A stretch of DNA of 56,821 nucleotides from Octopus bimaculoides. Lineage: Eukaryota. The DNA lies in the NCBI RefSeq assembly GCF_001194135.2, contig NC_068992.1, positions 48,542,168 through 48,598,988 on the forward strand. Direction: 5' to 3'. Positions 1 to 11,208 of this stretch are shown in pieces. The position numbers and the translations under genes are program-made. Under the pieces are notes generated by a model that was given only the letters and a program-made list of their open reading frames with translations, ran no database searches and had not been told where the DNA came from. Within the stretch, counting starts at the first letter, position 1; the number at the start of each line of letters is the position of its first letter.

Positions 1-37
<37 letters not shown>

Positions 38-113
38 TATGGCTCCAAAACACACGCAGGCGCACGCATACATATCGCATATATATCATCCTATATTCAA
101 GAACGTGTAAGCA

Positions 114-292
114 ATACACTGGGGCCTATAAAATATGATTGGAATCAATAAAGCAAATACTCTTTGGTTTGAAAATGAACTGACTTTACGCCCTCTCCTG
201 GAACCCTTGCCTTGGCTTCCTGCCTAGTCCAAAGGAATCAATTTTAATCACAATTTCCTCTACCCATGTCTCCAAGAAGATTTCATCAAGTT
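114..292 (-). mobile_element. Possible Tc1/mariner-type DNA transposon 3' end remnant
   Basis: Begins TA-CACTGGGGCCTATAAAAT, which is TIR-like. The minus-strand frame reads ...TWVEEIVIKIDSFG, loosely like the end of Tc1/mariner transposases. No second TIR seen. Confidence 0.3.
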
Positions 293-1683
293 ACACTCTC
301 TTTTCTACTGTTATCTCACGTGCCATAATTACGGATAGTGTTCGAAGCCAAGTTAAATAAAGAACTAACTTATCTAACTTCTCTACCTGCTTAGTTCTCT
401 CTTTTAGTACAGACATGTGACGGTTTAAAGATATTCTTCTTTGCACACCATCCATTCCAACCTCCATCGCACCATCTATCCATCCATCCATCCATCCATC
501 CATCTATCTAGCCATCTATTCAGCCACCCATCTATGTAGTCTCCATTTTTACAGACTGCAACAGAAAGAGAAAAGCAGAAACTTGAAACAACGCAGATAA
601 ATCAATTCTTGGTGAACAAAGGTGTGTAAATAATATTACGAAAAACCTTTCTTTCGTTTATGAACGTGGAAAACTTTCTCTTTCTCTCAGTCCATAGAAA
701 ATCTCTCAACAATAATTGAGTAATTCAATTTCAAAGTGCTTAGATTGGACATATATCTATTGCTCAAGGCTTCCCCATCCCTCTGGTGCATATTTATGTC
801 GCCATTGAAAAAAAAAGAAAAGAAAGAAGAAAAGACAAATGAACTACTTTGACAGATATGCTGTATTAAAAGAATCGAATTTTAATCAGTCGAGTATTTA
901 GTACATTCGGGAGAATGTGAAGGACATGCGATTAGATTTGCTTAGATCAATTAACATCAAATGAAAGAAACTAATAAAGAATATTTTGTTATAATATTAA
1001 CGAGAAATCTCGGCAACTATCCGTATAATAACATTTCCCTATTTTTATGTGACATTTAACTAGATTTCATCACATATTTTATTGAAGCTATTTCAGGTTG
1101 TTCTAGCTACCTTATCGAAATAGCGGCCATAGAATATGGTATTCTCGTTGATGTTATTGACTGCTAACTAGACAGAGATAATTATTGAAATGGCAAATAA
1201 ATTAGGTACACAGTGTGTTTCAACGAGATAGGTCACAGCCTGTAGATATTGATTCTTTCTCAATTCTGCATTACTGAGTGTAAGGAAATGAGAGGCATAC
1301 TTTTATTTCTTTATAAATCTCAACACATAACACGAAGTATTCAACGGAATGTGTCAATATTGGACGTCTGCACAAGTCTCATTCAAATCAAACAGTATTC
1401 AAACTCTCCGAAAACAAACAAAAAATAGTATAAAAAGAGGGGATAGGATTAGTGATGTGGATGTCTAACACTGAAACGGAAAATCTACTGCTCTATCAAA
1501 TGCTCTGATGAGGAATTTACGTCTGTGAAAACCCCTGTTGTTTAAGGAGAATGAGAAAAAGTGAATATTTGAGATCTATTAAAACGAAATAATAAATAGG
1601 TACCGAATAATCTTCAGGTTATAGAAAATATGCGTATCATTCTTTGTTCACTACATTTCCTATCAAAACAGCAACATCTTATT

Positions 1684-1985
1684 TATACAGTCAACATCAA
1701 CACTGTCATTTCATCCGGTGAACATCTTCGCAAAGTGACTATCCAGTGGAAATCTACACAGGGTCCAGCTAGTTGATATCTAAATACTGTGTATACTTTT
1801 CGGGTAAATATCTACAAGTTGTATGTCTGTTCAGTCAACATCTAGCCTAGATAATGTGTCTATGTGACCGGTCAACATCTGCACACTGTGCCTCTCTATC
1901 TAGTCAATGACAATACACAGTGTCTCCCTTTAGAATCAATATTTACACACTTAGTCTATTCAACATCAGTAAACTGTCTCTCCCC
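1684..1985 (+). repeat. Degenerate ~28-33 bp minisatellite, about 10 units, consensus ~ATCCAGTCAACATCTACACACTGTGTCT
   Basis: Recurring units: cagtcaacatcaacactgtc, ccggtgaacatc, ccagtggaaatctacacag, ctagttgatatctaaatactgtgt, cagtcaacatctag, ccggtcaacatctgcacactgtg, ctagtcaatgacaatacacagtgt, aatcaatatttacacact, ttcaacatcagtaaactgtct. Confidence 0.6.
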
Positions 1986-2133
1986 CACATCTCTGTATAT
2001 ATCTATCTATATCTATCCATCTACTTACCTACCTACATACATACATACCTATCTATCTATGTATCTATCTATTGTTGAAGCTTACGTCGAGTCCTCTGTA
2101 GTGGTGTTTTGCATTTATAATGAAGTAAGTATA

Positions 2134-2275
2134 TACTTTTTTACTCTTTTACTTGTTTTAGTCATTTGACTGCGGCCATGCTAGAGCACCGCCTTTAGTC
2201 GAGCAAATCGACCCCAGAACTTACTCTTTGTAAGCCTAGTACTTATTCTATCAGTCTCTTTTGCCGAACCTCTAA
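2134..2275 (-). mobile_element. SINE family A, 3' fragment
   Basis: Matches the reverse complement of the 3' part of the full copy at 19864-20277 (actcttttacttgtttt-agtcatttgactgcggccatgct...gtcgagcaaatcgacccc...gccgaacc). Confidence 0.92.
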
Positions 2276-2577
2276 CAAAGAGGAGAGAACATGATAAAGC
2301 TACAGGTTTCTTTTGCGATAGAAAGTGGTTGTTTTAGAAGAGAGCGCAGCCAGTTCCGAGAGAGATCGGGAGAGAGAAAGAGGGAGTGGGGGCGGGCAGG
2401 GAAGAAAGGTGATGGAAATGATTCTTGTACTAGAATAGTTCTATATTGATCCTAGAATAAACGGAAAACGGGATTCGATTTCAAAACGACGGGATTCGAC
2501 GAAATTCGAACTCAAAACCCGAAGAGCCGGAACAAATACAGTTCTAAAAATTCTGATTGTACCACTCAAGTTTACAT

Positions 2578-2620
<43 letters not shown>

Positions 2621-2840
2621 ATGCTGTATATTCGCAGCTAACGTCGAAAGATTTAGCTATTCGGTTCACATATACACCCTGCATCTATCCAGTTGGCATC
2701 TGTTAATTCGTGCCTCTCAAATCAATACTGACAAGCTGTATCTCTATCTTACCAGCATCTTTGCACTCAAGTTCTGTCCCAATCGATATGTGAAGCAGGG
2801 GAAAATAAATAAGATTTATTTAAGATGTAATAATAATAAT

Positions 2841-3051
2841 GGTTTCAAATTTTGGGACTTGGCCATCAATTTCGGGGTAGGGGTTAGTCGATTACATCGA
2901 CCCCCATTGATCAACTGGTACTCCTTTTATCGGCCCCTAAAGGATGAAAGGCAAAGTCGGCCTCAGTAGAATTTGAACTCAGAACGTAAAGACGGACGAA
3001 ATGCAGCTAAACATTTTGTACGGTGTCCTAACAGTAATGCAAGCTCACGGC
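2841..3051 (-). mobile_element. tRNA-derived SINE family B, near full length and degenerate
   Basis: Contains gtcgattacatcgaccc...ggatgaaaggcaaagtcggcctcagtagaatttgaactcagaacgtaaagacggacgaaat, which aligns with the 10394-10627 copy. Minus-strand B box GAGTTCAAATTC. Flanked by AAT-rich tracts. Confidence 0.88.
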
Positions 3052-3060
3052 TTTTATTAT

Positions 3061-3100
<40 letters not shown>

Positions 3101-3101
<1 letters not shown>

Positions 3102-3165
3102 ATGGAACAAAAATAGTACATGGATCAAAATAGGGGCTGCAATAAGGGTGGAGCACTTGCAGAAT
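3101..3165 (+). mobile_element. Short 5'-truncated Dong/R4-type LINE fragment (family 1) running into a gap
   Basis: aataggggctgcaataagggtggagcacttgcag matches 8797-8828 of the Dong/R4 copy at 8474 almost exactly. It follows directly after (AAT)n. Confidence 0.8.
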
Positions 3166-3402
3166 NNNNNNNNNNNNNNNNNNNNNNNNNNNNNNNNNNN
3201 NNNNNNNNNNNNNNNNNNNNNNNNNNNNNNNNNNNNNNNNNNNNNNNNNNNNNNNNNNNNNNNNNNNNNNNNNNNNNNNNNNNNNNNNNNNNNNNNNNNN
3301 NNNNNNNNNNNNNNNNNNNNNNNNNNNNNNNNNNNNNNNNNNNNNNNNNNNNNNNNNNNNNNNNNNNNNNNNNNNNNNNNNNNNNNNNNNNNNNNNNNNN
3401 NN

Positions 3403-3735
3403 TGAGTGTCCGACACTCCGTCGGTTACGACGACACGGGCTCCAGTTGATCCGATCAGCGGGACTGCTTCTTCGTGAAATTAACCTGCAAGTGGGCTGAG
3501 CACTCAACAGACACGCGTGCCCTTAGCGTAGTCCTCGGGGAGATTCAGCGTGACACGGAGTGTGACAAGGTTGGCCTTTTGAAATACAAGTTCTATACAC
3601 CGTTGCTAGCTGAGTGCACTGGCGAACAACGTGGAATGAAGTGTCTTACCCATGGATATAACGCGCGTCGGATTTTGAACTCACAGTCTTACGATTGTGA
3701 GCTGAATGTCGTATTCCCTAGGGCACGCGCCTTTA
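3403..3735 (-). mobile_element. tRNA-derived SINE: head + CORE-like domain + tail X
   Basis: The minus strand has a tRNA-like head (B box gagttcaaaatcc) and a CORE-like segment ccatgggtaagacacttcattccacgttgttcgccagtgcactcagctagc. Its 3' ~180 bp match tail X of the 29989-30370 SINE (gtcacgc...ccccgag.actacg.taaggg.ac.cgtgtctgt.gagtgctcagcc...gatcggatcaactgga). Confidence 0.88.
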
Positions 3736-4049
3736 CCGAAACTGGATTACTACTCCTTACCAGATCTTAAGTGGATTTAGGTAAGAATCTGCTGTTATAG
3801 TAGTGATAGTAGTACGAATGATTTTGAATGATTTTTCGGTATTTCTTGCGTATATCTGCCAATCTTGCTAGAACTAGCTTTCACTATAAATTTCCGATTT
3901 TATCAATTCTTTTGATGGAATATGACTGATTATAGTTTGAAGGTCACCAATATCAATACAAGTAGATATCGGTTGGTATCAATAGCGGAGATGTTTGAAA
4001 TCAGCCGGAACATGAATTGTTTGATCGGCACATTTGATTTGGTTACTCG

Positions 4050-4050
<1 letters not shown>

Positions 4051-4135
<85 letters not shown>

Positions 4136-4637
4136 GGTGGTGGTGGTGGTGGTGGTGGTTNNNNNNNNNNNNNNNNNNNNNNNNNNNNNNNNNNNNNNNN
4201 NNNNNNNNNNNNNNNNNNNNNNNNNNNNNNNNNNNNNNNNNNNNNNNNNNNNNNNNNNNNNNNNNNNNNNNNNNNNNNNNNNNNNNNNNNNNNNNNNNNN
4301 NNNNNNNNNNNNNNNNNNNNNNNNNNNNNNNNNNNNNNNNNNNNNNNNNNNNNNNNNNNNNNNNNNNNNNNNNNNNNNNNNNNNNNNNNNNNNNNNNNNN
4401 NNNNNNNNNNNNNNNNNNNNNNNNNNNNNNNNNNNNNNNNNNNNNNNNNNNNNNNNNNNNNNNNNNNNNNNNNNNNNNNNNNNNNNNNNNNNNNNNNNNN
4501 NNNNNNNNNNNNNNNNNNNNNNNNNNNNNNNNNNNNNNNNNNNNNNNNNNNNNNNNNNNNNNNNNNNNNNNNNNNNNNNNNNNNNNNNGGTGGTGGTGGT
4601 GGTGGTGGAGGTGGTGGTGGTCGTAGTAGTAGTAGTT
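4051..4637 (+). repeat. Compound (CAG)n-(TAG)n-(TGG)n-gap-(TGG)n-(TAG)n microsatellite
   Basis: Directly visible; the gap lies inside the TGG block. Confidence 0.95.
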
Positions 4638-5322
4638 TAATGTTTTCACGCTCGATCGGCCTCCCAGTTCTTGACCTCGACTGGTGACCCCTACACTTAT
4701 CAGATTTGCCAAAATTACATCCCCGAAGGCATGGATTTCTCTTGAAGAACAGAGAACTCATCTGTTCCGATCACTTGCTGCCCACCACCCATCGTTTCAC
4801 TAAGGACCCACATCTATCGATCACTACTGCTAATACCTCTGCCACCACTACTACTGCTACTACAGCTAAATATTCATAAATTTCGTAGACGACATCTAAG
4901 AGAATGACATAACTCTAATTAACAAAATTTCAATCACCACCAACTCATATCAACCATTGTCTCAAAGACAGACGCCTACCTTCTTATCTCACTTAATTCT
5001 TCGTCCTCTATCGCAACTACAAGCAATCCTACTTCCAGTACCAATCTTACTAAGTGTTTGTCCATCCATACACACCTTCATGCATACGTTTCCGCACGCG
5101 ACGCACCCCATCCCACATGTCGCCAAGATCGACATTAAGAATTAATGTGTTTCGATTAACGGGCTATCGCTACTAAACACCTAAATACAAACAGGACTCT
5201 TTCACCTCCACCCCCACCTCAGATATACATCCCATAATATATACATATGCACACACAGATACACACGCGAACATACACACACACACACACTCACGCATAT
5301 ATATATAGAAGTACACTCGCGT

Positions 5323-5383
<61 letters not shown>

Positions 5384-6451
5384 GGGAGAGAAAGATAGAT
5401 AGATGAACATTTATGTATGTGTGTGGGCAAGTATGCATGTGTATGTACGTACGTGTGTATGTATAAAAGATGACACAAAAAAATGTGCTTTCAAAATAAA
5501 TATATTTAGCATACTTCGAATTTCTGATTTACTTCAAACTTTCCAACATAATTCCTACGAAGCCATTTTTTTCTCCTAGTAGCATAACAATCTCGAAGAA
5601 GCAATATTTCCCGTCGACCAAAGAACACCACAACCACCACCACCACCACCACCACCACAACCACCACTGTCAACAACGCCAACAACAATGTACACACACA
5701 CACATACACACAGAAGAATCAATGCATGTTTCTAGTGACAATATAGAAACAGAAATAAGTGCCTTCAGAAGTCAATTAGCCAAAATCAACAATACTAACG
5801 TTGGATGAAAAAAAAAAAAATTATTAGATATATAAGACTTTCAGAATAAAGCCATCTTAAGCTGTATCTGTGCTTTACAATGTGTAACAATAGTTTTAAT
5901 GCTTGGATTGTCTGTTCTAATATAAGAATTTGAAATTGGACAAAGATCACTCTAACTCAAATCATGATCTATGCAAACAGAACGAAATCTCCGGCAGCAA
6001 GACAGTTTAAAGTTGTAATCAAAACAGAGGTGAAGTCAGCGATGTTATCATAAATATTGTTTATGGTAATATGGAACGCTGCAAGGCAGAAATTCCGAAT
6101 TCGTTTAGAAACAGCCTGGAAGATCTGTGTTTTAAATATATTTGTAAGTTTGTTTATGGCGGATATTGGAGTGAATGTGATAGTAACGAGGAAATTATTT
6201 TTGGTTTCTGATAAGGTGTTCTACTAACAACGCAACAATTTGAAGACGTTTACGACGAAAGCAACAACGTCGGCGTCGTCGTAATCGTCATCATCATCAT
6301 CGTAGTCGTGGACACCATTGTCGTCATCGTCGTCTTCATTGAGGTCGTTGTCAGCACCGGCATTCAACGCTAACAACACTAACAACAACAACAACAACAG
6401 TAACAAATAGCAGCTGCAGCAGCAACGACAGCTACAACGAAAATAAAAGAA

Positions 6452-6509
<58 letters not shown>

Positions 6510-7199
6510 NNNNNNNNNNNNNNNNNNNNNNNNNNNNNNNNNNNNNNNNNNNNNNNNNNNNNNNNNNNNNNNNNNNNNNNNNNNNNNNNNNNNNNNNNNN
6601 NNNNNNNNNNNNNNNNNNNNNNNNNNNNNNNNNNNNNNNNNNNNNNNNNNNNNNNNNNNNNNNNNNNNNNNNNNNNNNNNNNNNNNNNNNNNNNNNNNNN
6701 NNNNNNNNNNNNNNNNNNNNNNNNNNNNNNNNNNNNNNNNNNNNNNNNNNNNNNNNNNNNNNNNNNNNNNNNNNNNNNNNNNNNNNNNNNNNNNNNNNNN
6801 NNNNNNNNNNNNNNNNNNNNNNNNNNNNNNNNNNNNNNNNNNNNNNNNNNNNNNNNNNNNNNNNNNNNNNNNNNNNNNNNNNNNNNNNNNNNNNNNNNNN
6901 NNNNNNNNNNNNNNNNNNNNNNNNNNNNNNNNNNNNNNNNNNNNNNNNNNNNNNNNNNNNNNNNNNNNNNNNNNNNNNNNNNNNNNNNNNNNNNNNNNNN
7001 NNNNNNNNNNNNNNNNNNNNNNNNNNNNNNNNNNNNNNNNNNNNNNNNNNNNNNNNNNNNNNNNNNNNNNNNNNGATGAGGAGAAGGAGGAGGAGGAGGA
7101 GGAGGAGGAAAAGTAGGGGTGAATTTACTTGGCTGTTTACTGATGAAAGGTACAATAAATATCAAAGCCATAGACAAAGTGTGGAAGATCTACAGAGGT

Positions 7200-7925
7200 A
7201 AGAAGGAATGAGAAATAGAGATGAACTTCAGGTCTACATGATATAGAAGCAATGAAAACTGAGGATACAGCCCTCATTCCTAGCGTCTACCGAAGAACCC
7301 AACCATCCAACGACAACTGAACGATAAGGCCAAATGCCCCCTCCATCTGTTGTTCTCTGACTTACTGGCATGTACTTAGAGTGATGCCATCTACCTTTGC
7401 CATTTTCGCCAATTTCATCAACCTTTCATTAAATTAACTCGTGGAAAGCGCATCGGTCTCCATCTTCACCGTCCTTATCAAGTGTAGTGTGAAGACGTAA
7501 TGAGGGTTCTACCAAAGTCCCTGCCCCCAGACCTTTCAAACTCGTCCCCCACACTTCAGTTCGACATGAAAGCTGCCTTCCCTGCCAGGTTTAAAGGACA
7601 ATAGTCGGGCAGCCATCACGGTGGACTTGTCTGATAACCGTCTACGTTGTACACGCGACAGCATCTAGTCGACGTATCTTCACAAGTAAACTAGGCTTGG
7701 ACATAGAATCGATGCGTGTAGAACGTCATCACTTTACGCGTATCGAGGACGAGCCCACATGTAGAGTTTATTTCGAACCAATTGAACTCCATGCTAGCAC
7801 AGCCTGTCCAAGGACTTCTGGAAGTTACCCGTTGTAGGTCTAAATCTTTAAGTTCCCTTCAACTGACGGCCCATTTCATTTTTGTGTGCTCAGCGTTTCC
7901 CTGCGAACGGCATCACTCTTTGCAC
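7200..7925 (-). mobile_element. L1-Tx1-clade LINE ORF2 C-terminal remnant (decayed zf-RVT region)
   Basis: The minus-strand translation in one frame is GNFQKSLDRLC*HGVQLVRNKLYMWARPRYA*SDDVLHASILCPSLVYL*RYVD*MLSRV, fitting the Tx1 pattern NFQ.SL..C..G.L.VRDKL...CPRC...ETV.HA...CP. Further on come EVWGTSLKGLG and FNERLMKLAKM. Multiple stops and frameshifts. Confidence 0.75.
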
Positions 7926-7937
7926 AGCTAAATGACT

Positions 7938-8000
<63 letters not shown>

Positions 8001-8416
8001 TTTCGTATGTGTATTTCGTGTGCAAGATTCTTGATGTGGATACGTGTGTTGAAAGAAATACAATTAAACCTTGGGAGAGGCATTATGCCAGTAATAAACA
8101 CACGCACTGGTTCAGTCCTTTATTAATTTATAATAATGAAATAATTTAACAAAAACTATATAAATTAATAAAGGNNNNNNNNNNNNNNNNNNNNNNNNNN
8201 NNNNNNNNNNNNNNNNNNNNNNNNNNNNNNNNNNNNNNNNNNNNNNNNNNNNNNNNNNNNNNNNNNNNNNNNNNNNNNNNNNNNNNNNNNNNNNNNNNNN
8301 NNNNNNNNNNNNNNNNNNNNNNNNNNNNNNNNNNNNNNNNNNNNNNNNNNNNNNNNNNNNNNNNNNNNNNNNNNNNNNNNNNNNNNNNNNNNNNNNNNNN
8401 NNNNNNNNNNNNNNNN

Positions 8417-8457
8417 GATCCAACTTGTACAAATGCAAAACAAAAGTCAAACATAAA
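8417..8457 (+). mobile_element. Extreme 3' end of a Dong/R4 family 2 LINE; the rest is hidden in the gap
   Basis: gatccaacttgtacaaatgcaaaacaaaagtcaaacataaa matches 34285-34325 with one mismatch. Both are followed by (ATA)n. Confidence 0.88.
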
Positions 8458-8473
8458 ATAATAATAATAATAA

Positions 8474-8892
8474 CGACCACATATCCGAATGCATCATCGA
8501 AAATGAGAATGCAAAGATCCTGTGGGATTTTATGATTCAGTGCGACCATGGGATAGAGAATAGGAAGCCAGACATAGTGTTAATTGAGAAAGAAAGCAAA
8601 CTATGCTGGATCATAGATATAGCATGCCCAGCTGACAACAAGGTATGCGATAAGGAAGAAAGAAAAGTCGATAGATATGACAGGTTAGCTTGGGAGGTTA
8701 AGCAGTTGTGGTCGATGTAAAAAGTGGTGGTAGTACCAATAATTGCCGGAGACCTGGGAACAGTGAGTAAAAATCTTGAGAAGTACGTGGAACAAATAGG
8801 GGCTGCAATAAGGGTGGAGCTCTTGCATAAGACAGCACTGCTCGAATACTCCGGAAGGTGCTCGAAAATAAGAGGTGTTACCTTAGTTCACT
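8474..8892 (+). mobile_element. 5'-truncated Dong/R4-clade LINE (family 1), restriction-like endonuclease C-terminus
   Basis: Reads DHISECIIENENAKILWDFMIQCDHGIENRKPDIVLIEKESKLCWIIDIACPADNKVCDKEERKVDRYDRLAWEVKQLWSM*KVVVVPIIAGDLGTVSKNLEKY...TALL then, after a frameshift, ARILRKVLE. ILWD, RKPD-x14-D, VPII.G.LG and ARILRKVL are R4/Dong RLE motifs. The 5' end sits in (TAA)n. Confidence 0.92.
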
Positions 8893-8912
8893 GATAACTA
8901 TCGACACCGAAA

Positions 8913-9030
8913 GGTCGATAAATAAAGTACCAGTTACGCACTGGGGTCGATGTAATCGACCTAATCCCTTTGTCTGTCCTTGTTCGTCCCCTCTATGTTT
9001 AGCCCCTTGTGATCAATAAAGAAATAAATA
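8913..9030 (+). mobile_element. SINE family B, 5'-truncated 3' half (tail type 1)
   Basis: gtcgataaataaagtaccagttacgcactggggtcgatgtaatcgac...agccccttgtgatcaataaagaaata is the reverse complement of the tail-1 portion of 10394-10510. Confidence 0.9.
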
Positions 9031-9204
9031 ATTTAAGGCATGTTGAATCATATATCCATGTGATCTTCCGGTTGTTGTTCCAACTCTATTTGTGAGACAG
9101 ATTTTTATTCATTTTACGTGTCGCAGATCACAACTATTAAGAGAACTAACTGTTTCGTGCTGTATTGGTTCTGTGTAAAATCACAAAATGTTTCTTTCCA
9201 TTCA

Positions 9205-9690
9205 GCATATCTAGTCGACCAAACCCTACAGTTTTGTTACCTCAGCAGACCAATTATGTCAGGTCAATATTTCCAGGCTGTTGTCTGTAACTACGAAGTG
9301 TGTATCCACAAAGGGAATCAAAATCTATCAAATCAATATTTAAAGGCAGTATATTTTCAAGTCAAAACCTATTCATAGTCTTCTTTCTCGTATGTTTAGT
9401 CGATAAATACACATTGTGTTGATCGTAATCCATAGAGCACATAATCTTTCTCTCATTTGGACAGTTACAAACCGAAACTATAGTTATCAATTCGATATCT
9501 CCATATTCTCCATATTGTTTCCATCACATGCAAATCTACACACACACACAAACACACACACAGTATTTACTCTAGTCAATATCAACTCATACCGTGAATA
9601 TCTAGTCGATAACTGTCCAATCCAACATGTCTATTTAGACATGTATTCAATATATAGACACCGTACAAACACAGTCAATATTTCTACATC
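9205..9690 (+). repeat. Very degenerate tandem array sharing the (CT)AGTCAATATCTACAC motif with 1684-1985
   Basis: Recurring atctagtcgac, aggtcaatattt, aatcaatattt, aagtcaaaacct, ttagtcgataaatacacattgtgt, tctagtcaatatc, atctagtcgataac, cagtcaatatttctac. Confidence 0.45.
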
Positions 9691-10094
9691 GGAGAGAAGA
9701 GGTAGCCAGGCAGAAATTGTGAAGTGGTGCTCACAATTTCTTAACAATCAACTCGCAGGCCTCAATAAACTAAATACCAGTCATATAAGACTAGCTCAAT
9801 CTAGTGCTCATTCCCAGCAGCCTTACACCGATGTTAAAAATCAACGTTTATTTGTTTAAAGGACACATAGTCATATAATATCTTACCACCGGGATTAGAA
9901 TTTATCTTTGGTTAGGCAAGTTACTCAGAACTAAAATTACCCAGTCTACTAGGTTGTAAATAGGTAACGTAAGGTATTAAAAAATTCATGTTCCAGGTTG
10001 TAGTAAGTTTGGAAAAAATTATTGACTGATCTTACAGCTTAGTATGCTGAGTTCAGCTTTTCTTTCAAGAAGACTTCATCAACAAGTTTACTAC

Positions 10095-10775
10095 AAAGGA
10101 ACCAGTGAGCTAGTGTAGATCAGTGGACCAGGGGATTGGAGGAGCAGACGATCAGTGAACAAGAGGAATAGAAAAGCAAGAAAACAGGTGGACCAGGGAA
10201 ATAGGGGACCAGTAAAGAAGAATATTCTTTTCTATTCTAGGCACAAGGCTCGAAATATTGGGGGATAGGGCCAGTTGATTAGATCGACCCCAGCACGCAA
10301 CTGAAAGGCAAAGTCGACCTCGGCGGAATTTGAACTAAGAACGTTAAGACAGGCGAAATACCGTAAGGATTTCGCCCCGTGTGCTAACGTTTCCTATTTC
10401 TTTATTGCCCACAAGGGACTAAACATAGAGGGGACAAACAGGGACAGACAAAAGGATTAAGTCGATTACATCGACCCCAGTGCGTAATTGGTACTTTATT
10501 TATCGACCCCGAAAGGATGAAAGGCAAAGTCGACCTCGGCGGAAATTGAACTCAGAACGTTAAGACAGACGAAATACCGCTAAGCACTTCGCCCGACGTG
10601 CTAACGTTTCTGCCAGCTCGCCGTTTTAGTAAACAAGAATATTAAAAGAACAAAGAAAGGGTTGAACCAGGGAAGGAAGGTTCCGGTGAACAAGAGGATT
10701 AGAGGCACAGCGAAACAGGGGAACCTAAGAACTGATCGAGCAGGAAATCAGTGGATTAGTGGACAGTGGGCACTC
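10095..10775 (+). repeat. Degenerate purine-rich minisatellite (~CAGTGGACCAGGGGAATAG) interrupted by a SINE dimer
   Basis: Units cagtggaccaggggattgg, cagtgaacaagaggaatag, caggtggaccagggaaatag on the left; gttgaaccagggaagg, ccggtgaacaagaggattag on the right. Confidence 0.55.
10227..10627 (-). mobile_element. Tandem dimer of SINE family B with different tails, inside a 16-bp TSD
   Basis: Two consecutive copies of aaggcaaagtcgacctcggcggaa.ttgaact.agaacgttaagaca..cgaaataccg...gtgctaacgtttc at ~10227-10393 and 10394-10627. Flanking direct repeat agtaaa(g/c)aagaatatt at 10211-10226 and 10628-10643. Confidence 0.92.
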
Positions 10776-11062
10776 AACCGATTCGATCTGTTGTTGGGCT
10801 CAGTCTATAGTTAACATTACAGTCAATGTGTGCGTACGTGTGTGTTTTCTGCTTGTGCATTTACTTCTGCTAGGGAGAAAGAGAGAGAGAGGGAGAACAC
10901 TAGCTCTGTTCTAAATTGAACACATGAGGCATGACCATTAACCAACAGGTGGACTTGTTCGATCACGCAGTACAGTCATTATGTTATGCATACACATATA
11001 TACACACACACAATCACACACAGGCACATACACATATAGTCAATACCTATGCAGTATAGATA

Positions 11063-11101
<39 letters not shown>

Positions 11102-11149
11102 ATACATATATGTGTGTATGCATATATCTGTATGTGTGTATTTGTGTGC

Positions 11150-11208
<59 letters not shown>

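Noticed and set aside
1501-1545. CTGATGA...GAAAAC hammerhead-like spacing
   Set aside because: No proper helix II closing onto GAAA, no palindromic helix III and no helix I pairing. At best a very decayed relic.
4742-4775. GAACAGA-gaactca-TCTGTTC hairpin preceded by CTTGAA
   Set aside because: A 7-bp hairpin only; the flanks do not give hammerhead core motifs.
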